A stretch of DNA of 63,452 nucleotides, the filler included. It is 3 parts of 3 records of this genome, joined end to end, with 100 filler letters (N's around TTAATTAATTAA, not from the genome) between each part and the next. Parts side by side here need not be neighbours in the genome. Positions count along the whole stretch, not along the records: positions 22,414 to 49,463 come from SRR31156797_23914; positions 49,564 to 63,452 come from SRR31156797_23938; 1 more part is not named here. One strand, given 5' to 3'. Position 1 is the first letter of the stretch, and every line of letters starts with the position of its first letter. Position numbers and translations under genes: made by a program. Positions 47,587-58,102 of this stretch are shown in pieces. The notes beneath the pieces were generated by a model, which saw only the letters and a program-made list of their open reading frames with translations, made no database searches and was not told the origin of the DNA.

Positions 47587-48033
47587 ATGGTTCGAATCCG
47601 AGACCCAAAAAACTTCATTTCCGGCCTGTTGTTTATAGGCCTTTCCATCCTTCTCGCCGCCGACGCGCTGTCGCTGCCGCTTGGTACGGCAAGCCGCATG
47701 GGCCCGGGATATTTCCCGCTCGTTCTGGCCCTGATCTTGGGCGGTTTGGGATTGATGGTGACCGTAAGCGGCCTTCGCGTCGACGGAGAGCGCATTTCGC
47801 GGTTTGAAATCCGCGGATTCATTCTTGTCGTTTCGGCCATTTTCGCCTTCGGCCTGACCATCAACTGGCTCGGATTCGTCCCCGCGGTGGTGATCTCGGT
47901 CGGAATCTGCATCCTGGCCAGCGACCGCTTCCGGCCGTTATCGGCTATCGCGTTAATCGCGTTTTTGCTCGTTTTCTGCTGGGCGATTTTCATTTGGGGG
48001 CTCGGTTTGCCCGTATCCCTCTTCGGCTGGTGA
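47587..48033 (+). CDS. tctB: TctB small permease
   Basis: GTASRMGPGYFP, four TMs, GLGLP. Confidence 0.85.
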   Translation: MVRIRDPKNFISGLLFIGLSILLAADALSLPLGTASRMGPGYFPLVLALILGGLGLMVTVSGLRVDGERISRFEIRGFILVVSAIFAFGLTINWLGFVPAVVISVGICILASDRFRPLSAIALIAFLLVFCWAIFIWGLGLPVSLFGW

Positions 48034-48061
48034 GCAGAGAGAACAGGTCTGAGGCCGCCCC

Positions 48062-49463
48062 ATGGACGTTTTTGCCAATTTATCTCTGGGCTTTTCCGTT
48101 GCCCTGACGTTGCAGAACATTACCTACTGCTTCACCGGAGTTATGCTCGGTACTTTCATCGGCATGCTTCCGGGACTCGGACCTGCGGCAACGGTCGCGT
48201 TGCTGATTCCGCTGACCTTCACGCTGGAACCGGTTTCGTGTTTCATCATGCTGGCCGGCATCTATTACGGTGCGCAGTACGGCTGCTCGACGACAGCCAT
48301 TCTCCTGAAACTGCCGGGCGAAACCTCTTCCGTCGTGACCGCCATCGACGGCCACGAGATGGCCCGGAAGGGCCTCGCCGGGAAAGCCCTCGCCACCGCC
48401 GCCATCGGGTCGTTCATCGCCGGCACCCTGTCGGTCCTGCTGCTGGTCTTTTTCGCGCCTGCGCTGGCCGAATTCGCCCTGAATTTCGGTGCGCCCGAAT
48501 TTTTCTCGGTCATGGTCCTGGGTCTTATCGCCGCGGTGACGCTGGCGTCGGGATCGATCATCAAGGCGCTGGCCATGGTCGTGCTCGGCCTGGCGCTCGG
48601 TTTGGCCGGGCAGGATATCTTTTACGGCGAATACCGGCTCACCTTCGGGTTTCCCGAACTTGCCGACGGTTTCGATTTCATCGCGGTGACCATGGGCCTG
48701 TTCGGTGTCGCCGAGGTCATTCGCAATCTCGAGGAGAAGACCAGCCGGTCCCTTGTGGTCGAAAAATTGAAAGGGCTCTGGCTGACAAAGGAAGACTTCA
48801 AGCAAATCCTGCCTCCGGTTTTCCGCGGCTTAGGCGTCGGTTGCGTCCTGGGCATCCTTCCGGGAGGCGGGGCGGCGGTATCGTCATTTGCGTCTTATTC
48901 GGTCGAGAAGGGGTGCGCGAAAGACCCCTCGCGTTTCGGCCAGGGCGCCATCGAAGCGGTGGCCGGTCCCGAAAGCGCCAACAACGCCGGGGCACAGACC
49001 TCGTTCATCCCCATGCTGACGCTTGGCATTCCGGCCAATCCGGTGATGGCTCTGATGATCGCGGTGCTGATCATCCAGGGAATCACCCCCGGGCCGCAGG
49101 TGATGATAAAGCAGCCGATTTTGGTTTGGGGCCTGATCACTTCCATGTGGATCGGCAACCTGATGCTGGTGATCCTCAATCTGCCGCTCATCGGGCTGTG
49201 GACGCGGCTGATTACGGTGCCATATCATTTCCTGTTTCCCGCCATCATCATTTTCTGCGGCATCGGCTCGTTCAACGTCGCCAACGATCCCTTCGATGTG
49301 TATTTGCTCGGCATATTCGGTGCCCTCGGTTACATCTTCGTCAAATTGGAATGCGAACCGGCACCCTTCCTGCTGGGGTTCGTTCTGGGGCCGATGATGG
49401 AGGATCATTTCCGTCGTGCCTTGTTGATTTCACGCGGCGATTTCACGATTTTCCTGACCCATC
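48062..49463 (+). CDS. tctA: TctA large permease, truncated by contig end
   Basis: G.LPGLGP, IYYGAQYG, AIDGH.MA, PESANNA, LTLGIP. Confidence 0.92.
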
Positions 49464-49563
49464 NNNNNNNNNNNNNNNNNNNNNNNNNNNNNNNNNNNNN
49501 NNNNNNNTTAATTAATTAANNNNNNNNNNNNNNNNNNNNNNNNNNNNNNNNNNNNNNNNNNNN
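49464..49563. other. Artificial contig spacer (44 N + TTAATTAATTAA + 44 N)
   Basis: Identical to the first spacer. Confidence 0.98.
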
Positions 49564-49648
49564 CGGCAAGGGGTCCCCTGCCGGCCTCGTCAACACCTGC
49601 AACGCGATGGAATCCCGTTTCCTGAGCCTTATGTTCAAAGGTCCACAT
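49564..49648 (-). CDS. rnhB: Ribonuclease HII, N-terminal fragment (truncated by contig end)
   Basis: Not in the ORF track. Manual translation gives MWTFEHKAQETGFHRVAGVDEAGRGPLA, containing the DEAGRG catalytic motif, in its usual position after rplS. Confidence 0.9.
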
Positions 49649-49659
49649 GGAAACAGGAA

Positions 49660-50007
49660 TTATACCATACGCCGTTCTTTGATTCGTGCAGCCTTACCAC
49701 GGAGGTTTCTGAGGTAGTAGATCTTGGACCTGCGTACCCGGCCCCGTGTAACCACTTCGATCTTGTCGATGGCGGGGGAGTTCAAGGGGAAAATTCTCTC
49801 AACACCAACGCCGCCGGAAATCTTTCTTACAGTAAAGCGGGCACTGGCAAGACCCTTGGTCTTCTTGATTACAACACCGGCAAAAACCTGGATTCTCTCT
49901 TTCTCACCCTCGCGGATTTTCACGTGTACCTTGACAGTATCACCGGCCCTGAAATCAGGCATATCGAGTCGAAGCTGCTCACGTTCCAACTGCTCAATTA
50001 CATTCAT
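49660..50007 (-). CDS. rplS: 50S ribosomal protein L19
   Basis: [37 protein letters not shown]. Confidence 0.98.
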   Translation of the reverse strand: MNVIEQLEREQLRLDMPDFRAGDTVKVHVKIREGEKERIQVFAGVVIKKTKGLASARFTVRKISGGVGVERIFPLNSPAIDKIEVVTRGRVRRSKIYYLRNLRGKAARIKERRMV

Positions 50008-50072
50008 TATCTTCTTTCCTCTCTTTATTTATACTTTTCTTATACTCGTAATGTTTCCCGGGATAGCGGCTG

Positions 50073-50654
50073 TCAGGCCGTTTCCCGTGCGGAGATCACC
50101 CTATCCAGCATTATTGATACGGCCGATCTCACAGAAAGGTGGTTGTACCCGTTCACCCCGTAGATGGGATCAAGGACAAGACCACAGTTCTTCACAAATT
50201 CCTCTGAAAGGCCCCATGCCGTGCCAAAGGCAATGACGTGGGCGGATTCATCCCCAAGCTCCCTGGCAAAGGTTGCCGGAGAGACAGTGTCTCCATTCTT
50301 TGCTGCACTGGTTGCCGTTGTCACCACCGGCTTGCCGGTCTCCTCTTCGATTTGAGCCACGGCTTCCTCAAAAGAGTCAACCACCCGGATCAACTCCAGG
50401 GCCTGCTTTCGAAACGGATTCAGCTCGCCCCCCACCCCCTTTGTCCAGTGGGCGATGACCTCATGGGCAAGGGTCTGCTGATCCTCAAGGGGCGTGACGA
50501 CAAAAAAGCCCCGTACCCCGAACGTGATCGATGCCCTGGCAATATCATGCAGGTCAATGGTCGTCAGGGCCGACGCAATTGTGTCTCCACGTTTGTTGGA
50601 GACCGGGTGATGGATAAGCGCCAGATAGAGATTACTCGTTGATAAGGGTTTCAA
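50073..50654 (-). CDS. SPOUT-class SAM-dependent RNA methyltransferase (TrmD-associated family)
   Basis: LYLALIHHPV.NK.G, DLHDIAR, FGTAWGL, YNHLSVRSA.SI.LDR. Confidence 0.85.
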   Translation of the reverse strand: MKPLSTSNLYLALIHHPVSNKRGDTIASALTTIDLHDIARASITFGVRGFFVVTPLEDQQTLAHEVIAHWTKGVGGELNPFRKQALELIRVVDSFEEAVAQIEEETGKPVVTTATSAAKNGDTVSPATFARELGDESAHVIAFGTAWGLSEEFVKNCGLVLDPIYGVNGYNHLSVRSAVSIMLDRVISARETA

Positions 50655-51384
50655 GTTCCTGACACCATGTTTTTAATAGTTTTCTCTCTTCCGGATCAAG
50701 GTTCCGCTTCTTGAACAGGTCCGGCCGTTTTAAAAAGGTCCGTTTCAAGGAGGAGGCCCGGCGCCATTTTTCGATGGCCTGGTGATCCCCGGACAACAGC
50801 ACATCCGGAACATCCATCCCCTCAAACCCAGGTGGCCGGGTGTAATGGGCATATTCCAGACGGTCATTTCGAAACGAATCTATTTCAGCGGAGGTCTCTC
50901 CCCCGAGAACCCCGGGCAACAGCCGTGTCACCGCATCGATGATCACCATGGCGGCAAGCTCTCCACCGGTCATCACATAGTCGCCAATGGAGATCTCTTC
51001 GTCCACCAGACTGTGGCAAATCCGCTCGTCAATACCCTCGTACCGGCCACAGATAAAAATCAACCCTTGGCCCTGTTCCGCAAGTTCCAGGGCCAGCCGC
51101 TGATCAAAGGGCCTGCCCTGGGGGCTCATGTGAATAACCCTGGAGCCAGGCGCCTCCGCCTTGGCCGCCCTGATTGCGGCGGCAAGGGGCTCGGGCTTCA
51201 TGACCATTCCGCAACCGCCTCCGTAGGGCCTGTCATCCACCGTGTTGTGGCGGTCACAGGAAAAATCCCGGATGTTTATGGCGCGGCCTGTAATAGCCTG
51301 CTTATCCACAGCCCTGGCAATCATGCCATGGCCGAAGAAAGGATCAACAAGCTCCGGGAAAAGCGTCAGGACCGTAAATTTCAT
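50632..51384 (-). CDS. trmD: tRNA (guanine-N1)-methyltransferase
   Basis: VDDRPYGGG.GMV, CGRYEGIDER, SIGDYV.TGGE, YTRP, LLSGDH. Start ATG 51384. Confidence 0.97.
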   Translation of the reverse strand: MKFTVLTLFPELVDPFFGHGMIARAVDKQAITGRAINIRDFSCDRHNTVDDRPYGGGCGMVMKPEPLAAAIRAAKAEAPGSRVIHMSPQGRPFDQRLALELAEQGQGLIFICGRYEGIDERICHSLVDEEISIGDYVMTGGELAAMVIIDAVTRLLPGVLGGETSAEIDSFRNDRLEYAHYTRPPGFEGMDVPDVLLSGDHQAIEKWRRASSLKRTFLKRPDLFKKRNLDPEERKLLKTWCQELETLINE

Positions 51385-51394
51385 AGATTCCAAA

Positions 51395-51898
51395 CTACAG
51401 CCCCTCCGGAAGGTCGATGACCATCTCACCCGCTTCAAGATCCACCCGGAGAACGACCGAGGCGAGCCCGGGAACAAGAACTTCCCGCTCGCCTCCCTTG
51501 ACCACAAAGACATCGTTGCTTCCGGTCTCCATCACGGAATCAATTTTGCCAAGGAAACCAGCGGTCTGGTCCATGACCTTGAGACCGATGAGATCCTCCC
51601 AGAAGTAGGTACCCTCTTCGGGTTCAGGCAATTCATCCCTGTCAACCAGGAGCTCTGCGCCCACAAGGGTTTCAGCCATGTCCCGGTCCACACCGGAAAG
51701 CAACAGCAACGCGCCCTTCTTATGGGGAGATGCCTTTACAACTTCGAACAATTGATCGGTTTTTCCGTTCCTTCGTACAACCAGGTCGAGTCCTTGTCTG
51801 AATGTTGCCAGAGATCCGGCAAACGACCTGATCTTCAGGAACCCTTTCAACCCGTGCACTCCGGTTACCTGACCAAGGGTAAACAGAGTTTTTTCCAT
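51395..51898 (-). CDS. rimM: Ribosome maturation factor RimM
   Basis: G.V.GVHGLKG, YFW.DLIGL.V, TGSNDV, position in the operon. Confidence 0.95.
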   Translation of the reverse strand: MEKTLFTLGQVTGVHGLKGFLKIRSFAGSLATFRQGLDLVVRRNGKTDQLFEVVKASPHKKGALLLLSGVDRDMAETLVGAELLVDRDELPEPEEGTYFWEDLIGLKVMDQTAGFLGKIDSVMETGSNDVFVVKGGEREVLVPGLASVVLRVDLEAGEMVIDLPEGL

Positions 51899-51905
51899 GC
51901 AGTTG

Positions 51906-52136
51906 TTACTCCACAATCTCGAGCACTGTACGCTTTTTCAGCTTTGCAGATGCTGCGCTCAAAATAGTTCTCATGGCACGGGCAGATCTGCCCTGCTTGC
52001 CGATCACCTTACCCAGATCCTCTTTTGCCACCTTAAGCTCTAGCACAGAGGTCTGGCTACCCTCCACTTCTGAGACTTCAACCTCGTCAGGATTATCAAC
52101 CAGTGCCTGTGCAATGTATTTAACCAGCTCTTTCAT
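51906..52136 (-). CDS. khpA: KH-domain RNA-binding protein
   Basis: [19 protein letters not shown], located between rpsP and rimM. Confidence 0.92.
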   Translation of the reverse strand: MKELVKYIAQALVDNPDEVEVSEVEGSQTSVLELKVAKEDLGKVIGKQGRSARAMRTILSAASAKLKKRTVLEIVE

Positions 52137-52188
52137 AACTCCATCTCCTTATAAATGGGGTGTTGAGAATATGGGTCCGATACAATTA

Positions 52189-52443
52189 TCATGCAGGTTT
52201 GGAACTGAATCCCTCTTTTTTCAGGATGCTCTTCACTGTTGTTGTGGGGATTGCACCCTCGCCCATCCAGTACCGGATTCTCTCCTCATCCAGGTTAACT
52301 ACTGCGGGCTCAACCATGGGATCATAGGTACCAAGACTTTCAAGGAATTTTCCATCCCGGGGTGCCTCGATATCCGCTGCAACGATTCTGTAAAATGGCT
52401 TCTTTTTAGCTCCGCGCCTCGCCAATCTGATCTTAACTGACAT
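52189..52443 (-). CDS. rpsP: 30S ribosomal protein S16
   Basis: VKIRLAR.GAKKKPFYRIV.AD...PRDGKF.E.LG.YDP. Confidence 0.98.
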   Translation of the reverse strand: MSVKIRLARRGAKKKPFYRIVAADIEAPRDGKFLESLGTYDPMVEPAVVNLDEERIRYWMGEGAIPTTTVKSILKKEGFSSKPA

Positions 52444-52456
52444 TTACTTTTTCTCC

Positions 52457-53782
52457 TTAGAACGGAAGCATGCCCTTTAGGGAACGCATGCCACCTTTAT
52501 TGATTTTTTTGACCATCTTCATTGTCTGGGTGTAACTCTTGAGAAGCTTGTTCACATCCTGAACAGTCGTACCGCTTCCCTTGGCAATCCTCTTCTTCCT
52601 GCTGCCCTTGATCATGGCGTGGGTTCGCCGTTCTTCAGGGGTCATGGAATTGATGATCGCCTCAATCCTAACAAATTCCCGCTCATCAATATTCATACCC
52701 GAAAGCATTTTCTTATTGACACCGGGAAGTAGCCCGATAAGTTCCTTGATGGATCCCATCTTTCTCACCGAGGCCATCTGATCCCGGAAATCCTCAAGGG
52801 TAAACTGATTCTTCTTGAGCTTTTGCTCAAGTTTTTCTGCCTTTTTCTGGTCAACCGCTTCCTGGGCCCGCTCGATGAACGACAGGGTGTCCCCCATACC
52901 CAGGATCCTCGAGGCCATCCGCTCGGGATGGAAGGGCTCGAGAGCAGTGGTTTTTTCACCGACGCCGATGAACTTGAGGGGTTTCCCGGTAACGGCCTTG
53001 ATCGAAAGTGCCGCGCCGCCCCTTGCGTCGCCGTCCATTTTGGTCAGTATCACACCGCTCAAATCGAGGGCCTTGTCAAATGACCCGGCGATATTGACGG
53101 CATCCTGACCGGTCATGGCATCTGCGACCAGAAGAATTTCTGACGGATTAAGCCCCGTTTTCAGCCCGACCAGCTCTGCCATCAGCTCCTCATCCACATG
53201 GAGACGGCCTGCTGTATCCACCAGCAGGGTATCATACCCCTCCTCCCTGGCCGTTTTCACAGCCGCCTGGCAGATCTCAAGGGGTTTCATCTCCTGGGTT
53301 GACGGAAACACCGGAAGATCCAGCTGCGCACCGAGCTTTTTCAGCTGATCTATAGCCGCCGGCCTGTAAACATCCACAGGAACCAGATAGGGGCGTTTAC
53401 CGTTTTTTTTCAAGTAAAGAGCGAGTTTTCCTGCGGTGGTAGTCTTTCCTGCGCCCTGCAGGCCAACAAGCATCACGGCGTTCGGTACCTTACCGTTCAG
53501 ACTCAATTCTTCGTGGGAAGACCCCATCATGCGAGAGAATTCGTCATAAACGATCTTGATAACCTGTTGTCCCGGTGTCAGGCTCTCCATCACCTCCTGA
53601 CCAAGCGCTCTCTCCTTTATATCTGAAATTACATTTTTTGCAACCCTGTAATTCACATCCGCTTCAAGAAGCGCCATCCGAACCTGTTTAAGGCCCTCGT
53701 CAATGGCCTTTTCTGTAAGGGCTCCACGTCCCCTGAGTTTTTTGAACGCAGAGTTAAGCTTATCACTCAAGTTGTCAAACAT
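52457..53782 (-). CDS. ffh: Signal recognition particle protein
   Basis: ALLEADV, GLQGAGKTT, DTAGR, TKMDGDARGG, RILGMGD, Met-rich M domain. Confidence 0.98.
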   Translation of the reverse strand: MFDNLSDKLNSAFKKLRGRGALTEKAIDEGLKQVRMALLEADVNYRVAKNVISDIKERALGQEVMESLTPGQQVIKIVYDEFSRMMGSSHEELSLNGKVPNAVMLVGLQGAGKTTTAGKLALYLKKNGKRPYLVPVDVYRPAAIDQLKKLGAQLDLPVFPSTQEMKPLEICQAAVKTAREEGYDTLLVDTAGRLHVDEELMAELVGLKTGLNPSEILLVADAMTGQDAVNIAGSFDKALDLSGVILTKMDGDARGGAALSIKAVTGKPLKFIGVGEKTTALEPFHPERMASRILGMGDTLSFIERAQEAVDQKKAEKLEQKLKKNQFTLEDFRDQMASVRKMGSIKELIGLLPGVNKKMLSGMNIDEREFVRIEAIINSMTPEERRTHAMIKGSRKKRIAKGSGTTVQDVNKLLKSYTQTMKMVKKINKGGMRSLKGMLPF

Positions 53783-53899
53783 AATAAATCATCAAACCTT
53801 GATCATGGATTAAAATCTTGAAATTAGTATTTATTTCATGATAAGTCAAGGGAAAAGCGCTGTGAGCGCCAGATACAACTATAAATTTTACGGGGAAAT

Positions 53900-54946
53900 T
53901 TGTTGAAACACAAGAAAGAAATTAAGAATTTTACACGGGAAGAGCTTGTGGAATGGTTCGAACAGATGGGTGAAAGATCCTTTCGGGCGGGCCAGGTTTT
54001 TAAATGGCTCTACCTACGCCAGGCCAACTCCTTTGACGAGATGACCGATATCGGCAAGGGACTGAGGGAAACGCTCAAGGAGAATTTTTCCATATCAAGG
54101 CTGGAACTGGAACGGTCGGAACGCTCCAAGGACGGCACCGAAAAACTGCTGTTCCGCCTCCATGACAACGCTTACATCGAAGCGGTGCTCATACCGGAAA
54201 AGGACCACTACACCCTCTGCATCTCCTCCCAGGTCGGCTGCGCCCAGGCATGTAAATTCTGCCTCACGGCAAAGGGCGGTTTCGAACGAAACCTCACCAC
54301 AGCCGAAATAGTCGACCAGGTGAGGGACGCCCAGGCATTGGTGGCCGCAAGGGACAGTGCCAAACCCATGTCAAACATCGTCTTCATGGGCATGGGAGAA
54401 CCCCTTGCCAACTATGATGCCGTTGTAAAAGCGCTCTCAATCACCACAGACAGCGATTACGGGTTGAAATTTTCATCCCGGAGGGTCACCATATCCACCT
54501 CGGGCCTTGTGCCGGAAATCCTATCCCTCGGCAACGAGACAGAGGCCAACCTGGCTGTTTCCCTCAACGCAACCACGGAAGAGACCCGCTCCATGCTCAT
54601 GCCGGTGAACCGGCGCTATTCCATGGAGGAGCTGCTGAAAGCCTGTAAACGCTTTGAAATGAAGCCGAGAAAGAAGATCACCTTTGAATATATCCTCATC
54701 CAGGGGGTCAACGACAGTGACGAGGATGCAAAACGCCTGGTCAAGCTCCTGCGGCCCATCCGCTCAAAGGTCAACCTCATCCCCTTTAACGAACACGGCA
54801 AAAGCGATTTCAAACGCCCCAAAAAAGAAAGGATCCAGAGATTTCTCCAGATCCTTCTGGACAAAAACGTTACCGCCATGGTCCGAAAAAGCAAAGGCGA
54901 CGACATCTCCGCCGCCTGCGGACAGCTGAGGGCCAAAAACCGCTGA
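53900..54946 (+). CDS. rlmN: 23S rRNA/tRNA m2A methyltransferase (radical SAM)
   Basis: CISSQVGC...C.FC.T, MGMGEP, NLIPFN, DI.AACGQL. Confidence 0.96.
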   Translation: MLKHKKEIKNFTREELVEWFEQMGERSFRAGQVFKWLYLRQANSFDEMTDIGKGLRETLKENFSISRLELERSERSKDGTEKLLFRLHDNAYIEAVLIPEKDHYTLCISSQVGCAQACKFCLTAKGGFERNLTTAEIVDQVRDAQALVAARDSAKPMSNIVFMGMGEPLANYDAVVKALSITTDSDYGLKFSSRRVTISTSGLVPEILSLGNETEANLAVSLNATTEETRSMLMPVNRRYSMEELLKACKRFEMKPRKKITFEYILIQGVNDSDEDAKRLVKLLRPIRSKVNLIPFNEHGKSDFKRPKKERIQRFLQILLDKNVTAMVRKSKGDDISAACGQLRAKNR

Positions 54947-54950
54947 CCTG

Positions 54951-55952
54951 TCAGATAACGAGATCCTGCATGACCGACGTGTCAATGGCCGTAACAACGA
55001 GCCGCTCGATCCCGTCCGGTGATTTGATCTGCACCGCGACCTCCTGGCCCGGCAATGCCTTGGAGTAACCGGCGCAGATTTCTCCGGCCCGCTTCACCAT
55101 CCCGGCAGATGGGGTTGAGGGAATCAGAACAAGGGGCCCGGGCATGTCAGCCATCCGAATCAGCACCCCCCTTTCCGGGAGATAGAGATTCTCGATCCCG
55201 GTGTTGTCATTTTTGGAACGTCCCACAACGATCTTGGTTTCCGGATCAAGCCTGAAATGACGGCCGTAGCGCAGCAGATACAGGTCCTTTTTCACGTAAT
55301 CCTTCTGGACAAAGAGAAGATCCCTCAGGCGCTGGGAAAAGGCCTTGTCGGTCAACAGACACCCGCCGGCCGGCGCCGGATAATCGGTCACGTTTAACCG
55401 CTTGGCCATGGCGATCTGTTCCTTCCTGGACCGGCCCGAGATCGCCCCCAGGCGTTCCCGATCCACAAGCCCCCGGCGTTCCACCTCGGTTTCAGGAAGC
55501 ACCTGGGCACTGAGGGGCCTCAGGATGGCGCCGTCAAACCCGGAACGCTTCTCCACATACCGCATGGAGCGCTTATTCTGGGAAAAAGGCCGCTGGCCTG
55601 CCACCTCTCCGCTGAAAAGGAAATCAAACCCCTCTTTTTTCATGATCTCCCCTGCCCTGGCAAACATCATAGAATGGCAGTCCATGCAGGGGTTCATATT
55701 CTTCCCATATCCGGCCGGAGGATTTTTCAACATCTCCATATAGATATCCGTGATATCCTCAACCAGGATAGGAATATTGTTCCTTTTTGCCGCCTTTATG
55801 GCTGCATCCGGCAGGAAAAACGGGGTCTTAAAACTGACCCAGGTCACATCAATACCCTGCTCCCGCAGGAGCAAGGCACTGAGAATACTGTCAAGCCCTC
55901 CGGAGGTAAGTCCCAGGGCCTTTATTTTTCTTGATACTGTTTTTGTGTTCAT
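54951..55952 (-). CDS. PP-loop tRNA sulfurtransferase-like protein (ThiI/MnmA-related, no THUMP domain visible)
   Basis: SGGLDS, NPCMDCH, GEV.GQRP.SQ, LRPLSA, PAGGCLLT. Confidence 0.8.
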   Translation of the reverse strand: MNTKTVSRKIKALGLTSGGLDSILSALLLREQGIDVTWVSFKTPFFLPDAAIKAAKRNNIPILVEDITDIYMEMLKNPPAGYGKNMNPCMDCHSMMFARAGEIMKKEGFDFLFSGEVAGQRPFSQNKRSMRYVEKRSGFDGAILRPLSAQVLPETEVERRGLVDRERLGAISGRSRKEQIAMAKRLNVTDYPAPAGGCLLTDKAFSQRLRDLLFVQKDYVKKDLYLLRYGRHFRLDPETKIVVGRSKNDNTGIENLYLPERGVLIRMADMPGPLVLIPSTPSAGMVKRAGEICAGYSKALPGQEVAVQIKSPDGIERLVVTAIDTSVMQDLVI

Positions 55953-56522
55953 CTACTCTGTCTTTTTCTTTTCCCAGAACTCCCGGCTCTCCTTGAGGAT
56001 CTCATCGATATCATCGTCCAGGTTTTCAGCGCCACCCTCATCGGCCAGGGCAATATCATCAAGATCGATCTCCGGGTCCTCTGCGGTAAAATCGTCAAGG
56101 CCGAACTCGACCTCGTCCGGGGAAAGGTCATCCCCGTCAAATACCTTGGCTTCCGGTTCCGGTTCCGGTTCCCCGGACGGAGGCGCAGCCTCGGGAGCCG
56201 CATCAGGTGATTCCGCCGGCACTTCGGTTTCATTAGAACCGGATTCGGAAGCTGCCGGCAGTTCCTGTTTTTCTTCCTGTTCCGGGATATGGTTTCCATT
56301 ACGATCAAACATCAGGCTCAGGTCCAGCTTGAGCTCCAGGTCCACCCGGAACGCCACCTGATTATCGTGCACAACGATCTCCCCCCCGGTGGTGCCAACC
56401 GAGGAGATATTAATCCTATCCTTGACAATCTCCCTGACAGCATCCCAGTCAAGATCTTCCTTGACGGCATCAATCAAATCCCGCTCTCCGGTTCTGATAA
56501 TTTCCGGATCCGTTACCTTCAT
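55953..56522 (-). CDS. Hypothetical protein with a highly acidic low-complexity C-terminal half
   Basis: GAGG RBS, stop abuts the next start, Glu/Asp/Pro-rich tail, folded-looking N-terminus. Confidence 0.7.
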   Translation of the reverse strand: MKVTDPEIIRTGERDLIDAVKEDLDWDAVREIVKDRINISSVGTTGGEIVVHDNQVAFRVDLELKLDLSLMFDRNGNHIPEQEEKQELPAASESGSNETEVPAESPDAAPEAAPPSGEPEPEPEAKVFDGDDLSPDEVEFGLDDFTAEDPEIDLDDIALADEGGAENLDDDIDEILKESREFWEKKKTE

Positions 56523-56569
56523 GCATCACCTCATCCCAAAAAAGAAATCCTGATCCAAGGAGACCAGAG

Positions 56570-57943
56570 TTACCGATTACATGCCACATCCGCAAATTGC
56601 AAATCCACAAATTTATCAAGGTCGATGATCTTTCCAATCCCCATGACATCATGCATATACCGCTGGATTTTATCCAGATCCGTCTTCACCGGATAGAGGT
56701 CGTCCATGCGGATGGCCTGGGGCTGGGAAAACACCTTCTGGAGCACGGCGGGATTGAGGCCGAGCTTGCCTTCGGGGTCGAGGAACTTCACAGCGATATT
56801 AGCCGCCCGTGTCTTGTCCGCCTCGACATACTTGCCGGATTCGACAATCATGGAAACAAATTCCTGGGCCGCCTCCGGATATTTTTCAATAAAATCCTGC
56901 TGCATGGCAACGACACAGCAGGGATGATTTTCCCAACGGGTGGAAGAAACAAACTCGAGGTTGCCGATTTCTGTTGCAATGGCCTTGGTTGCGATGGGCT
57001 CGGCAACCATGAATCCGGCGACATCCTCGTTCTCCTTCATGATGCCGGGCATCTTGATGGGAGGTACAACCTCAAACCGCACATTGATCGCCTTTTTGCC
57101 GGGCACACCCGGCTTCAGCCCCAGCTCCTTCAAAAACTGATGGGCCAGCATGTGATGAACGCTCATCTTGTGGGGGATATCAACGACCTTGTACTTGTAA
57201 AAGCTCTGCAGGGAATCAAACCTGTGATCATAGTGGCGGCTCCTCACAAAGGTACTGCCGTTTTTGTGGGCCAGAAGCACGAGGCGGATGGGGGAATCAT
57301 AGGCAAAAAGATCCATGGCAATGGGCGCCAGAACAAAGGCAGCGTCGAGTTCCGCACTTTCAAGCCCCTCCTGGATGGGATTCCACCCGGGCTTGCGGTC
57401 GGTATTGAGAACAAAATGCTTCGGCGTTACCTCACCCAGATCGATTCTGTGCTTCAGGGCGCCCAGGGCAAGATGGTCGGTGATCTGGATGTGGGCGACA
57501 TTGAGTTCCACCTTTCCGTCCACGACCCGCCTATCCTTTTTGACCACAGCCGCTTCAGCCACCGGAGCAAACACCTTTTCAATGGCTTCCTTTATCTGAT
57601 TCGAATCAAAGGGCTTGGGCACATGGCCGTTTCCACCGGCCTCCATGATGGCGATCTGCTGCCCCTTGTCGGCCTGGGCCGTTGCCATAATAAAGGGAAG
57701 CGCCTTGTACGCCTCCTGGCTCCTGAGCCACTGGAGAAACTCGAGCCCGTCCTTCTGGGGCATATTCCAGTCACTGATGACAAGGTCAGGTTCCTCCGCC
57801 TGTACTTTTGCAATCCCGTCGTCTCCGTTCACAGCCATGACAATATTCTCAAACCCCGCCTTATTCAACATCTGCTTGAACATCATGCGCATGGTGCCGG
57901 AATCGTCTGTAACAAGAATTTTTATCTTTGGATCTACTGCCAT
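56570..57943 (-). CDS. CheY-like receiver domain fused to a NrtA/CmpA-type ligand-binding domain
   Basis: REC: ILVTDD, ISDWNMP..DG, MATA, KPF. Then HIQITDHL, AF.LAP.AMD, AEP, HPCCV. AAGGAG RBS before ATG 57943, no signal peptide. Confidence 0.85.
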   Translation of the reverse strand: MAVDPKIKILVTDDSGTMRMMFKQMLNKAGFENIVMAVNGDDGIAKVQAEEPDLVISDWNMPQKDGLEFLQWLRSQEAYKALPFIMATAQADKGQQIAIMEAGGNGHVPKPFDSNQIKEAIEKVFAPVAEAAVVKKDRRVVDGKVELNVAHIQITDHLALGALKHRIDLGEVTPKHFVLNTDRKPGWNPIQEGLESAELDAAFVLAPIAMDLFAYDSPIRLVLLAHKNGSTFVRSRHYDHRFDSLQSFYKYKVVDIPHKMSVHHMLAHQFLKELGLKPGVPGKKAINVRFEVVPPIKMPGIMKENEDVAGFMVAEPIATKAIATEIGNLEFVSSTRWENHPCCVVAMQQDFIEKYPEAAQEFVSMIVESGKYVEADKTRAANIAVKFLDPEGKLGLNPAVLQKVFSQPQAIRMDDLYPVKTDLDKIQRYMHDVMGIGKIIDLDKFVDLQFADVACNR

Positions 57944-58102
57944 AACAAGGCTCCTTATTTGTTTAAAACTTGAGACATGAACCCCTGGAACATGTCGACC
58001 CCGCAACTTTTACAGCTATCGTCCCCAGGGCCTTTTACTATTTTCATCAAAGAGCAGACACAACCACCTGTACCTGCTGTCATCCATCGTCTGTTTTCAC
58101 CA

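Noticed and set aside
21382-49648. Functional link between the NRPS cluster, the sugar locus or giant protein, and the ribosomal operon
   Set aside because: They lie on separate contigs with artificial adjacency and differing composition.
56151-56170. CCGGTT tandem repeat
   Set aside because: It encodes a Glu-Pro linker in the acidic protein, which is ordinary low complexity.
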